A stretch of 64,000 nt of DNA from Alphaproteobacteria bacterium (GCA_016124645.1 WGNE01000017.1:9431-73430), one strand, 5' to 3'; counted from the first letter of the stretch, positions 52,388 to 61,804 are shown. Notes: generated by a model not told the origin, from the sequence alone. Translations and numbers: made by a program.

Positions 52388-52819
52388 TCAGAACCACAGC
52401 ATTTCGCTGAGCTGCTGGCGCAGCGCGAGCTCGCCGAGTTCCGGCAGGTCGTCGCGGCCGGTCTCGGCGATGATGCGCGTATAGACGGGTTTTTCCATGC
52501 ACCGGCGCAGCGCGTCCAGCATCTCCGCACTCGCCACGATGACGAGGCGGTCGAAGGCGTCGTCCTTGACCGATTCTTCGAGCCACAGCGACAGCTTGCG
52601 CGCGAAGCCGTCGCAGTTTCCGGGGGCGTCGGGCGTAAATTCGGCGACTTTCCGCAAATGCCCCGCGCTTTTGCCGAAGACGCGCGCCTGCGCGGAGCCC
52701 GCGGCCAGAACCCAGATGCGCGGCATCCGGTTCCTGCCGGAAGGACGCTGTTTTTCATCCATCTTTTTCCGGCCTTTCAGGTTCGGGTCTTCCGGGGCGG
52801 TTTTTTCGATGAGGGGCAT
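52388..52819 (-). CDS. Host attachment family protein (baeRF12-like)
   Basis: WVLAAGSAQARVF, FARKLS.WL, FDRLVIVASAEML..LR, E...DL; AAGGAAGGTGG RBS before the ATG at 52819. Confidence 0.7.
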   Translation of the reverse strand: MPLIEKTAPEDPNLKGRKKMDEKQRPSGRNRMPRIWVLAAGSAQARVFGKSAGHLRKVAEFTPDAPGNCDGFARKLSLWLEESVKDDAFDRLVIVASAEMLDALRRCMEKPVYTRIIAETGRDDLPELGELALRQQLSEMLWF

Positions 52820-52882
52820 TTCCACCTTCCTTGCCGCGTTCTTTGCACAGGTTCATTTCATCACGACCGACCCGGGAAAGCT

Positions 52883-52896
52883 TTGACCAAAGTCAA
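52883..52896. promoter_or_regulatory. FNR/FixK-type box (for the minus-strand host attachment gene)
   Basis: TTGACCAAAGTCAA. Confidence 0.78.
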
Positions 52897-52927
52897 GGAA
52901 ACCCATATTCCATGCTTTTACCGGAAG

Positions 52928-52941
52928 TTGACAAAAGTCAA
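52928..52941. promoter_or_regulatory. FNR/FixK-type box (for the fabI operon)
   Basis: TTGACAAAAGTCAA; CATCAT at 52964-52969 fits a -10 for a box centred near -41.5. Confidence 0.78.
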
Positions 52942-53013
52942 CGACAGGACGAATCTGGCATGCCATCATGAAAAAACATGGTTTTGTTAGCGGCGGAGAA
53001 GGGGGCGGTTGTG

Positions 53014-53772
53014 ATGATGAAGGGAAAAAAGGGGCTTGTCGTCGGCGTGGCGAACGCGCATTCCATCGCCTGGGGCTGCGCGCAGGCATTGCATGACGCG
53101 GGGGCGGAGCTGGCGCTGACCTACCTGAACGACAAGGCGAAGCCCTATGTCGCGCCGCTGGCGGCGGCGGTGGACGCGCCCGTCTTCATGCCGCTGGACG
53201 TGACGGATGCCGCGCAGTCCGCCGCGCTCTTCGCCGAAATCGACAAACGCTGGGGGCGGCTGGATTTCCTGCTGCATTCCATCGCCTTCGCGCCCAAGGA
53301 CGATTTGCACGGGCGGGTGACGGATTCTTCCGGCGCGGGTTTCGCCACGGCGATGGACATTTCCTGTCATTCCCTCGTCCGCCTGACCAAAGCGGCGGAA
53401 CCGCTGATGGCGGAGGGCGGCACCGTGCTGACCATGAGTTATTACGGCTCGGAAAAAGTCGTGCCGCGCTACGGCATCATGGGGCCGGTGAAGGCTGCGC
53501 TGGAAGCCACGGTGCGCTATCTCGCGATGGAGCTGGGACCGCAGGGCATAAGGGTCAACGCGCTCTCCCCCGGTCCGGTGAAGACCCGCGCGGCCTCGGG
53601 ACTTGCCGCCTTCGACGAACTGATGGAGAGCGTGGCGCGGGAAGCGCCGCTGCACGAGCTGGTGACGATCGACCAGATCGGGGAAACGGCGGCCTTTCTG
53701 GCGTCTGACAAGGCGCGGCATATCACCGGGCAGGTGATTTACATCGACAACGGCTACAATATCCGGGGATGA
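53014..53772 (+). CDS. fabI: Enoyl-ACP reductase FabI-type SDR
   Basis: GVANAHSIAWG, LHSIAFAP, YGIMGPVKAALE (Y..M...K), ALSPGPVKTRAASG. Confidence 0.92.
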   Translation: MMKGKKGLVVGVANAHSIAWGCAQALHDAGAELALTYLNDKAKPYVAPLAAAVDAPVFMPLDVTDAAQSAALFAEIDKRWGRLDFLLHSIAFAPKDDLHGRVTDSSGAGFATAMDISCHSLVRLTKAAEPLMAEGGTVLTMSYYGSEKVVPRYGIMGPVKAALEATVRYLAMELGPQGIRVNALSPGPVKTRAASGLAAFDELMESVAREAPLHELVTIDQIGETAAFLASDKARHITGQVIYIDNGYNIRG

Positions 53773-53863
53773 CGCGGGGGGCTTGACGGGCCGCCGCCTT
53801 CGGGCGACTCTGGCGTGAGGGCGGGAAAAAGAAAACGACGAAAAAGAATGAACGGGGAACGAC

Positions 53864-55228
53864 ATGAAACTCAGCTTTCTGGGCGCGACAGGCACCGTCA
53901 CCGGCTCCAAGTACCTGCTGGAGGACGGCGGAAAGAAATACCTCATCGACTGCGGGCTGTTTCAGGGCTTGAAGGAACTTCGCCTGCGCAACTGGAACCC
54001 GCTGCCCGTCAATGCCGCCGAGATCGACGCGGTCTTGCTGACCCATGCGCACCTCGACCACAGCGGCTACCTGCCGCGGCTGGTGAAGGAGGGGTTCCGG
54101 GGGCATATCTATTGTTCCGAGGCGACCTTCGACCTTTGCAAGATCATCCTGCCCGACAGCGGGCACATCCAGGAAGAAGACGCGGAGCGCGCCAACCGTT
54201 ACGGCTATACCAAGCACAAGCCCGCCCTGCCGCTCTATACGGCGGACGAGGCGCGCGACAGCCTGAAATATTTCCGCCCGCTGGACTTCGGGCCCGCGCA
54301 CAAGCTGGGTGAATTCCTGTCCTTCACGCTGCACCGCGCGGGGCATATCCTCGGCGCGTCCCTCATCCGCGTGACGGACGGCAAGACCTCGGTGCTGTTT
54401 TCCGGCGACATCGGCCGGCTGAACGACCCGGTCATGAAGCCGCCGGTCGCGATCGAGCAGGCGGACTACCTGCTGGTGGAATCGACCTACGGCGACCGGC
54501 TGCACGACAAGTCCGATCCGATGGGCGACCTCGAGGCCGTCATCAACAAGACCACGCAGCGCGGCGGCACGGTCGTCATCCCGTCCTTCGCGGTCGGGCG
54601 TGCGCAGTCCATCATGTACTACCTCTACAAGCTGAAGGCGGCGGGAAGGCTGCCCGCGCACCTGCCGGTTTATCTTGACAGCCCGATGGCGATCAACGTC
54701 TCCGACCTTCTGGGCAAGCATATCGGCGACCACAAGCTTTCCGCGGAGATTTGCGCCGACGTCTGCGGCGTGGCGGAATACACGCGCACCGCGCAGGAAT
54801 CGAAGGCGATCGACCAGTCGGACGCGCAAGTGCCCTGCGTCATCATCTCCGCCAGCGGCATGGCGACGGGCGGGCGGGTGCTGCACCACCTCAAGCGCTT
54901 CATCGGGGATGCGCGCAACACCATCCTTTTCGCGGGCTATCAGGCGGCGGGCACGCGCGGCGACCGCATCGTGCGCGGGGAGAGCGAGGTCAAGATCCAC
55001 GGCGAGATGTTCAAGGTCCGCGCCGAGGTTGACAAGCTCGACAACATGTCGGCGCACGCCGATTACGCCGAAATCCTGAAATGGCTGGGGCATTTCAGGC
55101 AGCCGCCGCGCCGCACCTTCGTCACCCACGGCGAGCCGACGGCGGCCACGGCGATGAAGCGGCATATCGAGGAAAGGCTGGGCTGGGAGGTCGAGGTGCC
55201 GACCTATCTCGAAACCGTCGAATTCTAG
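53864..55228 (+). CDS. MBL-fold beta-CASP ribonuclease (YSH1/CPSF73-like)
   Basis: DCG, THAHLDH, AGHILG, FSGD, ESTYG, FAVGRAQ, SASGM, SAHAD, THGE motifs. Confidence 0.92.
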   Translation: MKLSFLGATGTVTGSKYLLEDGGKKYLIDCGLFQGLKELRLRNWNPLPVNAAEIDAVLLTHAHLDHSGYLPRLVKEGFRGHIYCSEATFDLCKIILPDSGHIQEEDAERANRYGYTKHKPALPLYTADEARDSLKYFRPLDFGPAHKLGEFLSFTLHRAGHILGASLIRVTDGKTSVLFSGDIGRLNDPVMKPPVAIEQADYLLVESTYGDRLHDKSDPMGDLEAVINKTTQRGGTVVIPSFAVGRAQSIMYYLYKLKAAGRLPAHLPVYLDSPMAINVSDLLGKHIGDHKLSAEICADVCGVAEYTRTAQESKAIDQSDAQVPCVIISASGMATGGRVLHHLKRFIGDARNTILFAGYQAAGTRGDRIVRGESEVKIHGEMFKVRAEVDKLDNMSAHADYAEILKWLGHFRQPPRRTFVTHGEPTAATAMKRHIEERLGWEVEVPTYLETVEF

Positions 55229-55265
55229 TCGGCGGGCAAAAATCAATGAAAATGGAAAAAGCCAC

Positions 55266-55925
55266 ATGACCGCACATCACTGCAAGAACAAGCCCGGCAA
55301 GGCAGCTGCGACCAAGCTTATCGTCGTCACCGGCGGGCCCGGCGCGGGCAAGACCGCGGTGCTGGAAATGCTGAAAAAAATGCTCTGCCCGCAGGTGGCT
55401 GTCCTGCCCGAAGCGGCCTCCATCGTTTTCGGTGGCGGGTTCTGGCGGATGGAATCGGAAAACGCGCGTCTCGCCTCCCAGCGCGCCATCCTGCATATCC
55501 AACAGGAAATGGAAAGCCTCGTGACGGGCGAGGGGCAATGGATGGTCGGGCTCTGCGACCGCGGCAGCCTCGACGGGCTGGCCTATTGGGTGGGCAAGGA
55601 AGCGGATTTCTTCAAGGCCGCGGGCACCAGCCTTGAAAAGGAGCACGCGAAATACCATTCCGTCATCCACCTGCGCTCCCCCGGCAAGGAAAGCGGCTAC
55701 AACCACCAGAACGAGCTGCGCATCGAAACGGCGCAGCAGGCGCATGTCATCGACGAGAAAATCCACCAGATCTGGTCGAAGCATCCGCGCTACAAGATCG
55801 TGGACAATTTCCCCAATTTCATCGACAAGGCGCATTACGCCATCCGCATGATCGCGGAGGAATTGCCGGAATGCTGCCGCGCGGGCGTGGACGGCTTTCT
55901 CGACGGCACGGCGGCGACCGAATAG
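55266..55925 (+). CDS. NadR/Ttd14-like P-loop NTPase/kinase (AAA_28-like)
   Basis: VVTGGPGAGKT, PEAAS, CDRG.LDGLAY, R.ET...A...D. Confidence 0.78.
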   Translation: MTAHHCKNKPGKAAATKLIVVTGGPGAGKTAVLEMLKKMLCPQVAVLPEAASIVFGGGFWRMESENARLASQRAILHIQQEMESLVTGEGQWMVGLCDRGSLDGLAYWVGKEADFFKAAGTSLEKEHAKYHSVIHLRSPGKESGYNHQNELRIETAQQAHVIDEKIHQIWSKHPRYKIVDNFPNFIDKAHYAIRMIAEELPECCRAGVDGFLDGTAATE

Positions 55926-56036
55926 GCGCGCAAACCCGCGCGAAGGCGTTCCGCATGTAAGCCGTGCCATCGCGCCCTATATTGGGTACAATAGGGAATG
56001 CAGGGGGAACGACGACGCGGGGGCGAAGTGAGAGGC

Positions 56037-56942
56037 ATGGCGATGCGCAGGGTGAAGATTTTTCTTTTTGTTTTCATGTCGATGGTCGCGGTCTTGCCCC
56101 TTGCGCCCGCGCGCGCCGCCGGAGCGGATGACACGGTGGGGCAACTTTACAGCTATACCGTCCAGAAAAAAGAGAACCTCTACGACATCGCGCGGCGCTA
56201 CGATATCGGCACGGCCGCGCTCGTGGCGGCCAATCCCGGCGTTTCGCCGCACAAGCCCAAGCCCGGCACGAAGCTTTTGCTGCCCACCATGCAGGTGATG
56301 CCGGACGCCGCGCGCGAAGGCATCGTCATCAACCTCGCCGAGCGCAGGCTGTATTTTTTCGGCGCTGACGGCAAGGCGCTGAGCTTTCCCGTCGCGGTCG
56401 GCAAGAAGGACTGGGAAACGCCAACGGGCGCGACGAAAATCTACCGCAAGCGCAAGAACCCCGTCTGGACGCCGACGGATTCGATCCGCGCGGAAAACCC
56501 GAACCTGCCCGAGAAGATCGGCCCCGGGCCGGACAATCCGCTGGGCGACCGCGCGATGGATCTGGGCTGGCCGGGCTATCTCATCCACGGCACCAACAGC
56601 CCGCGCAGCATCGGTCGCGCCGGCACCCACGGCTGCGTGCGCATGTACACGGAGGACGTCGAAAAGCTCTTCGACCTCGTCGAAAAAGGCACGTCCGTGA
56701 CGGTCGTGAACGAGATTTACAAGCTGGGCTGGTGGCAGGACAAGCTGCTGCTGCAGGTGCTGCCGACGGCGGCGAAAGAGCAGGATTCGCTGGGCACGCG
56801 GATTTATGAAAGCGCCCGCGCCATGGCCGGCACGCGCAAGCTGGATTGGCAAGCCGTTGATATCGCGATTAAAAACCACAACGGCATCCCCGTCATCCTG
56901 ACGCTGCCGGGCATGGCGGCCAGCGTGTCCTTGCCGCATTAA
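56037..56942 (+). CDS. L,D-transpeptidase with LysM domain (ErfK/YcfS family)
   Basis: Signal peptide, LysM (YTVQ..L..IARRY), INLAERRL, GPDNPLG, IHGT..THGCVRM catalytic motif. Confidence 0.92.
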   Translation: MAMRRVKIFLFVFMSMVAVLPLAPARAAGADDTVGQLYSYTVQKKENLYDIARRYDIGTAALVAANPGVSPHKPKPGTKLLLPTMQVMPDAAREGIVINLAERRLYFFGADGKALSFPVAVGKKDWETPTGATKIYRKRKNPVWTPTDSIRAENPNLPEKIGPGPDNPLGDRAMDLGWPGYLIHGTNSPRSIGRAGTHGCVRMYTEDVEKLFDLVEKGTSVTVVNEIYKLGWWQDKLLLQVLPTAAKEQDSLGTRIYESARAMAGTRKLDWQAVDIAIKNHNGIPVILTLPGMAASVSLPH

Positions 56943-56964
56943 ATTTATGATTTACTTACTTGTT

Positions 56965-56978
56965 TTGATTAATATCAA
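56965..56978. promoter_or_regulatory. Consensus FNR box upstream of phaC
   Basis: TTGATTAATATCAA, a perfect TTGAT-N4-ATCAA. Confidence 0.85.
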
Positions 56979-57032
56979 AGGGCGGTCCGGCCCCCTGTGG
57001 TCAACTGGAACAGGATAAACAGGAGAATGACG

Positions 57033-58730
57033 ATGAAAGACGACAGTTTCGCGCCCTATTTCCGCTACATGGATACGCTGTGGCAGGCGGGTCTTTCGCA
57101 CTTTACCTTCGGCATCAGCCCCGCCGGGGCGAGCGACTCTTTCTCCGCATGGGGCCGCCACCTCGCGCAGGCGCCCGGCAAGGCGGCGGAAATCGGGCTC
57201 TACCCGCTTTTGCACGCGCAGGCCTTCGCCCAGCGCATGGCCTGCGTTCGCGACGAGGAATGCAAGAAGGACCCGCGCTTCAAGTCCGACAACTGGGATT
57301 TCTGGCCTTGGCGCTTTTACGCCGAAAGCTTCCTGTTCATGGAGGAATGGTTCAACCAGGCGACGACCGACGTGCCGGGGCTGGACGAGCAGAACGAGCG
57401 CGCCGTCTCCTTCGCCGCGCGCCAGTTCCTCGACGCCTTCTGCCCGGCCAACTTCCCCGTCACCAACCCGGACCTCGCCTATGAAACCTTCAGCACCGGC
57501 GGGCAGAACCTCGTCAACGGGGCGAAGAACGCGTGGCAGGACTTCAACGACCTGCTGACCGGCAAGGAGCCGGAGGGCAGCAAGAAATTCAAGGTCGGCG
57601 AAACCCTCGGCGTGACCGAGGGCGAGGTCGTCTTCCGCAACGACCTCATCGAGCTCATCCGCTACACGCCGAAGACGAAAAAGGTCTTCAAGGAGCCCGT
57701 GCTCATCGTGCCCGCGTGGATCATGAAGTATTACATCCTCGACCTCTCGCCCCACAACTCGCTGGTGCGCTGGATGGTGGAACAGGGGCACACGGTCTAT
57801 ATGATCTCGTGGAAAAACCCCACGGCGGAAGACCGAAACAAGGGCATGGACGATTACTACCGCCTCGGCCCTATGACCGCGCTGGACGTCATCGGCCGCG
57901 ACTTCCCGGACGCCAAGGTGCATCTCACCGGCTATTGCCTCGGCGGCACGCTGGCCCTGCTGACGGCCGCCGCCATGGCGCGCAACAAGGACGAGCGGCT
58001 GAAGAGCCTGACGCTTTTCGCCGCGCAGGGCGATTTCACGGAGGCGGGCGAGCTCTCGCTCTTCGTCACGCCCAGCGAGGTCGCCTTCCTGAAGAACCTC
58101 ATGGAGGTGCAGGGCTATCTCGACACCAAGCAGATGGCGGGCGCCTTCCAGATGCTGCGCTCCTACGACCTCATCTGGTCCAAGGTCATCCACGACTACC
58201 TCGAAGGCAAGCGGCACGACACCTTCGACCTCACCGCGTGGAACGCGGACGCGACGCGCATGCCCAGCCGCATGCACGGCGAATACCTCGAAAAGCTGTT
58301 CCTGAAGAACGATTTCGCGGAAGGCCGCTTCAGGGTCGAGGGCAAGATGGTCGCGGCGGAAAACATCCGCATTCCCGTCTTCGCCGTCGGCACCGAAAAG
58401 GACCACGTGGCGCCCTGGCGCTCGGTCTATAAGGTGCATTTGATGGCGGGGGGCGACGTGACCTTCGTGCTGACCACCGGCGGGCACAACGCCGGCATCG
58501 TCAGCGAGCCGGGGCACAAGGGCCGGTCGTACCGCATGCACGAAAAGAAACGCGCGCAAAGCTATATCGACCCCGATACGTGGCAGGACCACGCCACGCG
58601 CTTCGACGGCTCGTGGTGGGAAGCCTGGCACGGCTGGCTGCAAAAGAATTCCTCGAAGGAAAAGATCGCGCCGCCGCCGATGCGCAAGGGGCTCGCCCCC
58701 GCGCCCGGCGCCTATGTGCTCGAAAAATAG
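57033..58730 (+). CDS. phaC: Polyhydroxyalkanoate synthase
   Basis: DPRF, PANF..TNP, IMKYYILDL, GYCLGG lipase box, DHVAPW, GHNAG, GSWW, APGAYV; AGGAG RBS. Confidence 0.93.
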   Translation: MKDDSFAPYFRYMDTLWQAGLSHFTFGISPAGASDSFSAWGRHLAQAPGKAAEIGLYPLLHAQAFAQRMACVRDEECKKDPRFKSDNWDFWPWRFYAESFLFMEEWFNQATTDVPGLDEQNERAVSFAARQFLDAFCPANFPVTNPDLAYETFSTGGQNLVNGAKNAWQDFNDLLTGKEPEGSKKFKVGETLGVTEGEVVFRNDLIELIRYTPKTKKVFKEPVLIVPAWIMKYYILDLSPHNSLVRWMVEQGHTVYMISWKNPTAEDRNKGMDDYYRLGPMTALDVIGRDFPDAKVHLTGYCLGGTLALLTAAAMARNKDERLKSLTLFAAQGDFTEAGELSLFVTPSEVAFLKNLMEVQGYLDTKQMAGAFQMLRSYDLIWSKVIHDYLEGKRHDTFDLTAWNADATRMPSRMHGEYLEKLFLKNDFAEGRFRVEGKMVAAENIRIPVFAVGTEKDHVAPWRSVYKVHLMAGGDVTFVLTTGGHNAGIVSEPGHKGRSYRMHEKKRAQSYIDPDTWQDHATRFDGSWWEAWHGWLQKNSSKEKIAPPPMRKGLAPAPGAYVLEK

Positions 58731-58751
58731 ACAGCCGCCCTTATTCCTTCC

Positions 58752-58970
58752 TTATTCCTTTTCGCGGCGCAGCGCGGCCTCGATGAAGAAAATGACCGCG
58801 ACCATCAGCATGAAGGCCGGATAGGGCCACCACGCCATATGCCCGTGGTTGATCTGCGCGTGAATCAGCGTCGCGACGGCGAAGCAGCCGCCGATGACGG
58901 CGATGGCGGCCAGCCACGGGAAAAGGCGCGGCTTTTCCTTCGCCGGGCTGTTTTCGTTTGCGGTGGGCAT
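58752..58970 (-). CDS. Small 2-TM membrane protein (72 aa)
   Basis: AAGGAG RBS 9 nt before the ATG at 58970; two hydrophobic helices flanking HAQINHGH. Confidence 0.65.
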   Translation of the reverse strand: MPTANENSPAKEKPRLFPWLAAIAVIGGCFAVATLIHAQINHGHMAWWPYPAFMLMVAVIFFIEAALRREKE

Positions 58971-59032
58971 GCGTTGTTCTCCTTTTTCATGTTCCATCCC
59001 TTTATTCAATCGCGAAGGGGCGCCGCATTTCC

Positions 59033-59046
59033 TTGATAAAAATCAA
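59033..59046. promoter_or_regulatory. Consensus FNR box upstream of the small membrane protein gene
   Basis: TTGATAAAAATCAA, a perfect TTGAT-N4-ATCAA. Confidence 0.82.
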
Positions 59047-59115
59047 GAAATCCGCCGCGCCCGCGCGCTATCCTGAAAATAGCGGGCATGGCGCGCCGGC
59101 GTTCACGGGGCGTTG

Positions 59116-59158
59116 TTTCAATCGATCGTTTGAAATTGCCGCCCTGCGCGGGTATAAT
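59116..59158 (+). promoter_or_regulatory. Sigma70 promoter with an overlapping palindromic operator
   Basis: TTGAAA (59130-59135), 17-bp spacer, TATAAT (59153-59158); palindrome TTTCAATCGATCGTTTGAAA (59116-59135) overlaps the -35. Confidence 0.78.
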
Positions 59159-59188
59159 GAAAGAGACTCGGCAGGAAAGGGGCGTTGC

Positions 59189-59899
59189 GTGAAAAAACCG
59201 CCGAAAAACGCAAGAGGCGCGAAAAACGCGAAGGACAGCCTGCTCGCGGCGGGGGTGCGGGTCTTCGCGCTCTACGGCTACGAGGGCGCCAGCACGCGCC
59301 AGCTGGCGAAGGAGGCGGGGGTGAACATCTCCGCCATCGCCTATTATTTTTCCGGCAAGGAAGGGCTCTACAACGCCGTCATCGCCCATATCACGGCGGA
59401 GATGCGCGACATTCTGGGCGTGCAGCTGCAAATCGCGCAGGCCGCGATGGGGCAGGAAGGCGGCATGACGGACGAACAATGCCGCGACATCCTGCACGGC
59501 TTCATCCGCGGCATGACGGGCTTCCTGCTCAGCGAAAAAGTCTCGCCCCATGCCGCGCGCATCTTCATCCGCGAGCAGACGGACCCGACGGCCGCTTTCG
59601 ATACGCTTTACGCCCAGACCATCCGCCCCGTGCATGAAATGATCACCCGTCTCGTCGCCCAGCTGGCGGGGCTGGATTTCCCGGGCGAGGCGGCGACGCT
59701 TTGCGCCCATGCGGTCATGGGGCAGGTCTTCGGCTTCAAGACCCATTACGCCACCATCATGGCGCGGCTGGGCTGGAAGAAATGCGGCCCGGCGGAAGTG
59801 GAAAAAGTCACCGCCGTCGTGCTGCGCCATACGGATTCAATCGTCGCCGGATACCGTGCCGGACGCCGCAAAGACAAAAAACAGAAAGGCGCGTCATGA
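59189..59899 (+). CDS. TetR family regulator (CecR/YbiH-like)
   Basis: ASTRQLAKEAGVNISAIAYYFSGKEGLY HTH; REQ..PT.AF C-domain; precedes an HlyD/ABC operon. Confidence 0.88.
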   Translation: MKKPPKNARGAKNAKDSLLAAGVRVFALYGYEGASTRQLAKEAGVNISAIAYYFSGKEGLYNAVIAHITAEMRDILGVQLQIAQAAMGQEGGMTDEQCRDILHGFIRGMTGFLLSEKVSPHAARIFIREQTDPTAAFDTLYAQTIRPVHEMITRLVAQLAGLDFPGEAATLCAHAVMGQVFGFKTHYATIMARLGWKKCGPAEVEKVTAVVLRHTDSIVAGYRAGRRKDKKQKGAS

Positions 59900-60864
59900 A
59901 ACGCTTCGCCCTCTGCCTGATGCTCGTGATGCTTTCGGCCTGCAAGCCGCAGGCGGAGAAGATGAACGGCTACGTCGAGGGCGAATACCTCTATATCGCG
60001 CCGTCCAGCCCGGGCATCCTGAAGACTCTCTCCGTCGCGCGCGGGCAGGAGGTGAAGCAGGGCCAGCCGCTGTTTTCCATCGACACCACCGCCTTGCAGG
60101 CGTCGCTCGACGCCGCGCAGGCGGAGGTGACGCAGGACAGGGCGCGGCTGGAAGACCTTGAAAAAGGCGCGCGGCCCGAGGAGATCGAGGTCATCAGGCA
60201 GCAAAAGGAGCAGGCGGACGCCAACCTCGTCAACGCGCAAAAGGAATACGACCGCGCGAAAGGATTGCTGAAGACCAACGCCATCAGCCAGTCGGTCTTC
60301 GACCAGCGCAAGGCGGCTTTCGAGGCGGCGCAGGCGCGGGTGGGTGAGCTTTCGGCGCAGCTGGAGACCGCGAAGCTGGGCGGGCGCAAGGACGCGGTTG
60401 ACGCGGCCCGCGCGCTGGTCGATATTGCGCGGCAAAAGGTGCTGCAGGCGCAAAAGCTGCTGGACGAGGCGCAGCCCGCGGCCAGCGCGGCGGGACGGGT
60501 GGAGGATACCTATTTCCGCCCCGGAGAATTCGTGCCGGCCGGCACCCCCGTCGTCAGCCTGCTGCCGCCTGAAAACGTGAAGATCCGCTTTTTCGTACCG
60601 CAGGCGAAATTGCCGCAGATGCAGCCGGGGCGGGAAATCACCGTCACCTGCGACGGCTGCAAGACGCCGGTCAGGGCGAAGATCACCTATATCGCCAGCC
60701 AGGCGGAATACACGCCGCCGGTCATCTACAGCGTCGGCTCGCGCGACAAGCTGGTCTTCATGGTCGAGGCGCATCCCGAGGCTTTCGATGCGCAGATGCG
60801 TCCCGGCCTGCCGGTCGATATCAGCCTCGGCAAGGACGGCAGCGGCAAGGACGGTCATGAGTGA
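59896..60864 (+). CDS. HlyD family periplasmic adaptor (YbhG-like)
   Basis: Lipobox LSAC, GYVEGE, GARPEEI, AEYTPPVIYS, PGLPV. Confidence 0.9.
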   Translation: MKRFALCLMLVMLSACKPQAEKMNGYVEGEYLYIAPSSPGILKTLSVARGQEVKQGQPLFSIDTTALQASLDAAQAEVTQDRARLEDLEKGARPEEIEVIRQQKEQADANLVNAQKEYDRAKGLLKTNAISQSVFDQRKAAFEAAQARVGELSAQLETAKLGGRKDAVDAARALVDIARQKVLQAQKLLDEAQPAASAAGRVEDTYFRPGEFVPAGTPVVSLLPPENVKIRFFVPQAKLPQMQPGREITVTCDGCKTPVRAKITYIASQAEYTPPVIYSVGSRDKLVFMVEAHPEAFDAQMRPGLPVDISLGKDGSGKDGHE

Positions 60865-61804
60865 CGGCGGCGCAAATAACGGCGTTTCCTACGCCATCGA
60901 CGCGCGCGGGCTCACCAAGATATACGACGGCCGCGCGGTGGTGGATCATGTGGACATTCAGGTGCCGCGCGGCAAGATCTACGGCTTCCTCGGCCCCAAC
61001 GGCAGCGGCAAGACGACTTCCATCCGCCTGCTCTGCGGGCTTTTGACGCCGGACGACGGCACGGGCAGTTGCCTTGGCATGGACCTGCGCACCCATGCGG
61101 CGCAGATCAAGCGGCGCGTGGGCTACATGACGCAGCGTTTCAGCCTCTGGGACGACCTCAGCATCCGCGAGAACCTGCAGTTCGTGACGGAGATGTACGG
61201 TCTCGACCGCCCGCGCGAACGCGCGCAGGACGCGCTGAAGGCACTGGGGCTCGCGGAAAGGGCGGAGCAGCTGGCGGGCCAGCTTTCCGGCGGCTGGAAG
61301 CAGCGACTTTCGCTGGCCGCCTGCACCATCCACAACCCGGACCTTCTGCTGCTGGACGAACCGACGGCGGGGGTCGATCCCAAGGCGCGGCGCGAGTTCT
61401 GGGACGAGATCCACCGCCTCGCCGCCAGCGGGCTGACGGTGCTGGTCAGCACGCATTACATGGACGAGGCCGAGCGCTGCCATGAAATCATCTACATGGC
61501 CTATGGCAAGATCGTGGCGCGCGGCAGCGTCGATGACGTCATCGGCCACGCGGGGCTCTCCACATGGGCGCTTTACGCGCGCGACCTGAACGCGCTGCGG
61601 CGCGAACTGGAAAAAGACCCTGCCGTTTCCACCCTCGCCTCCTTCGGTGAAAGCCTGCACGTCAGCGGCACGGATGCGAAGGCGCTGGAAGCCGCGCTGA
61701 AGGGCTATGAAACGCAGCCGGGCTTCGCGGCGGAGCGCATCGCCACCTCGCTCGAGGACGTCTTCATCCACTACATGGCGGGCGTGAAGGACAATTTCGC
61801 ATGA
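60857..61804 (+). CDS. ABC transporter ATP-binding protein
   Basis: GPNGSGKT, LSGGWKQR, LLLDEPTAGVDP, STHYMDEAE. Confidence 0.93.
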   Translation: MSDGGANNGVSYAIDARGLTKIYDGRAVVDHVDIQVPRGKIYGFLGPNGSGKTTSIRLLCGLLTPDDGTGSCLGMDLRTHAAQIKRRVGYMTQRFSLWDDLSIRENLQFVTEMYGLDRPRERAQDALKALGLAERAEQLAGQLSGGWKQRLSLAACTIHNPDLLLLDEPTAGVDPKARREFWDEIHRLAASGLTVLVSTHYMDEAERCHEIIYMAYGKIVARGSVDDVIGHAGLSTWALYARDLNALRRELEKDPAVSTLASFGESLHVSGTDAKALEAALKGYETQPGFAAERIATSLEDVFIHYMAGVKDNFA

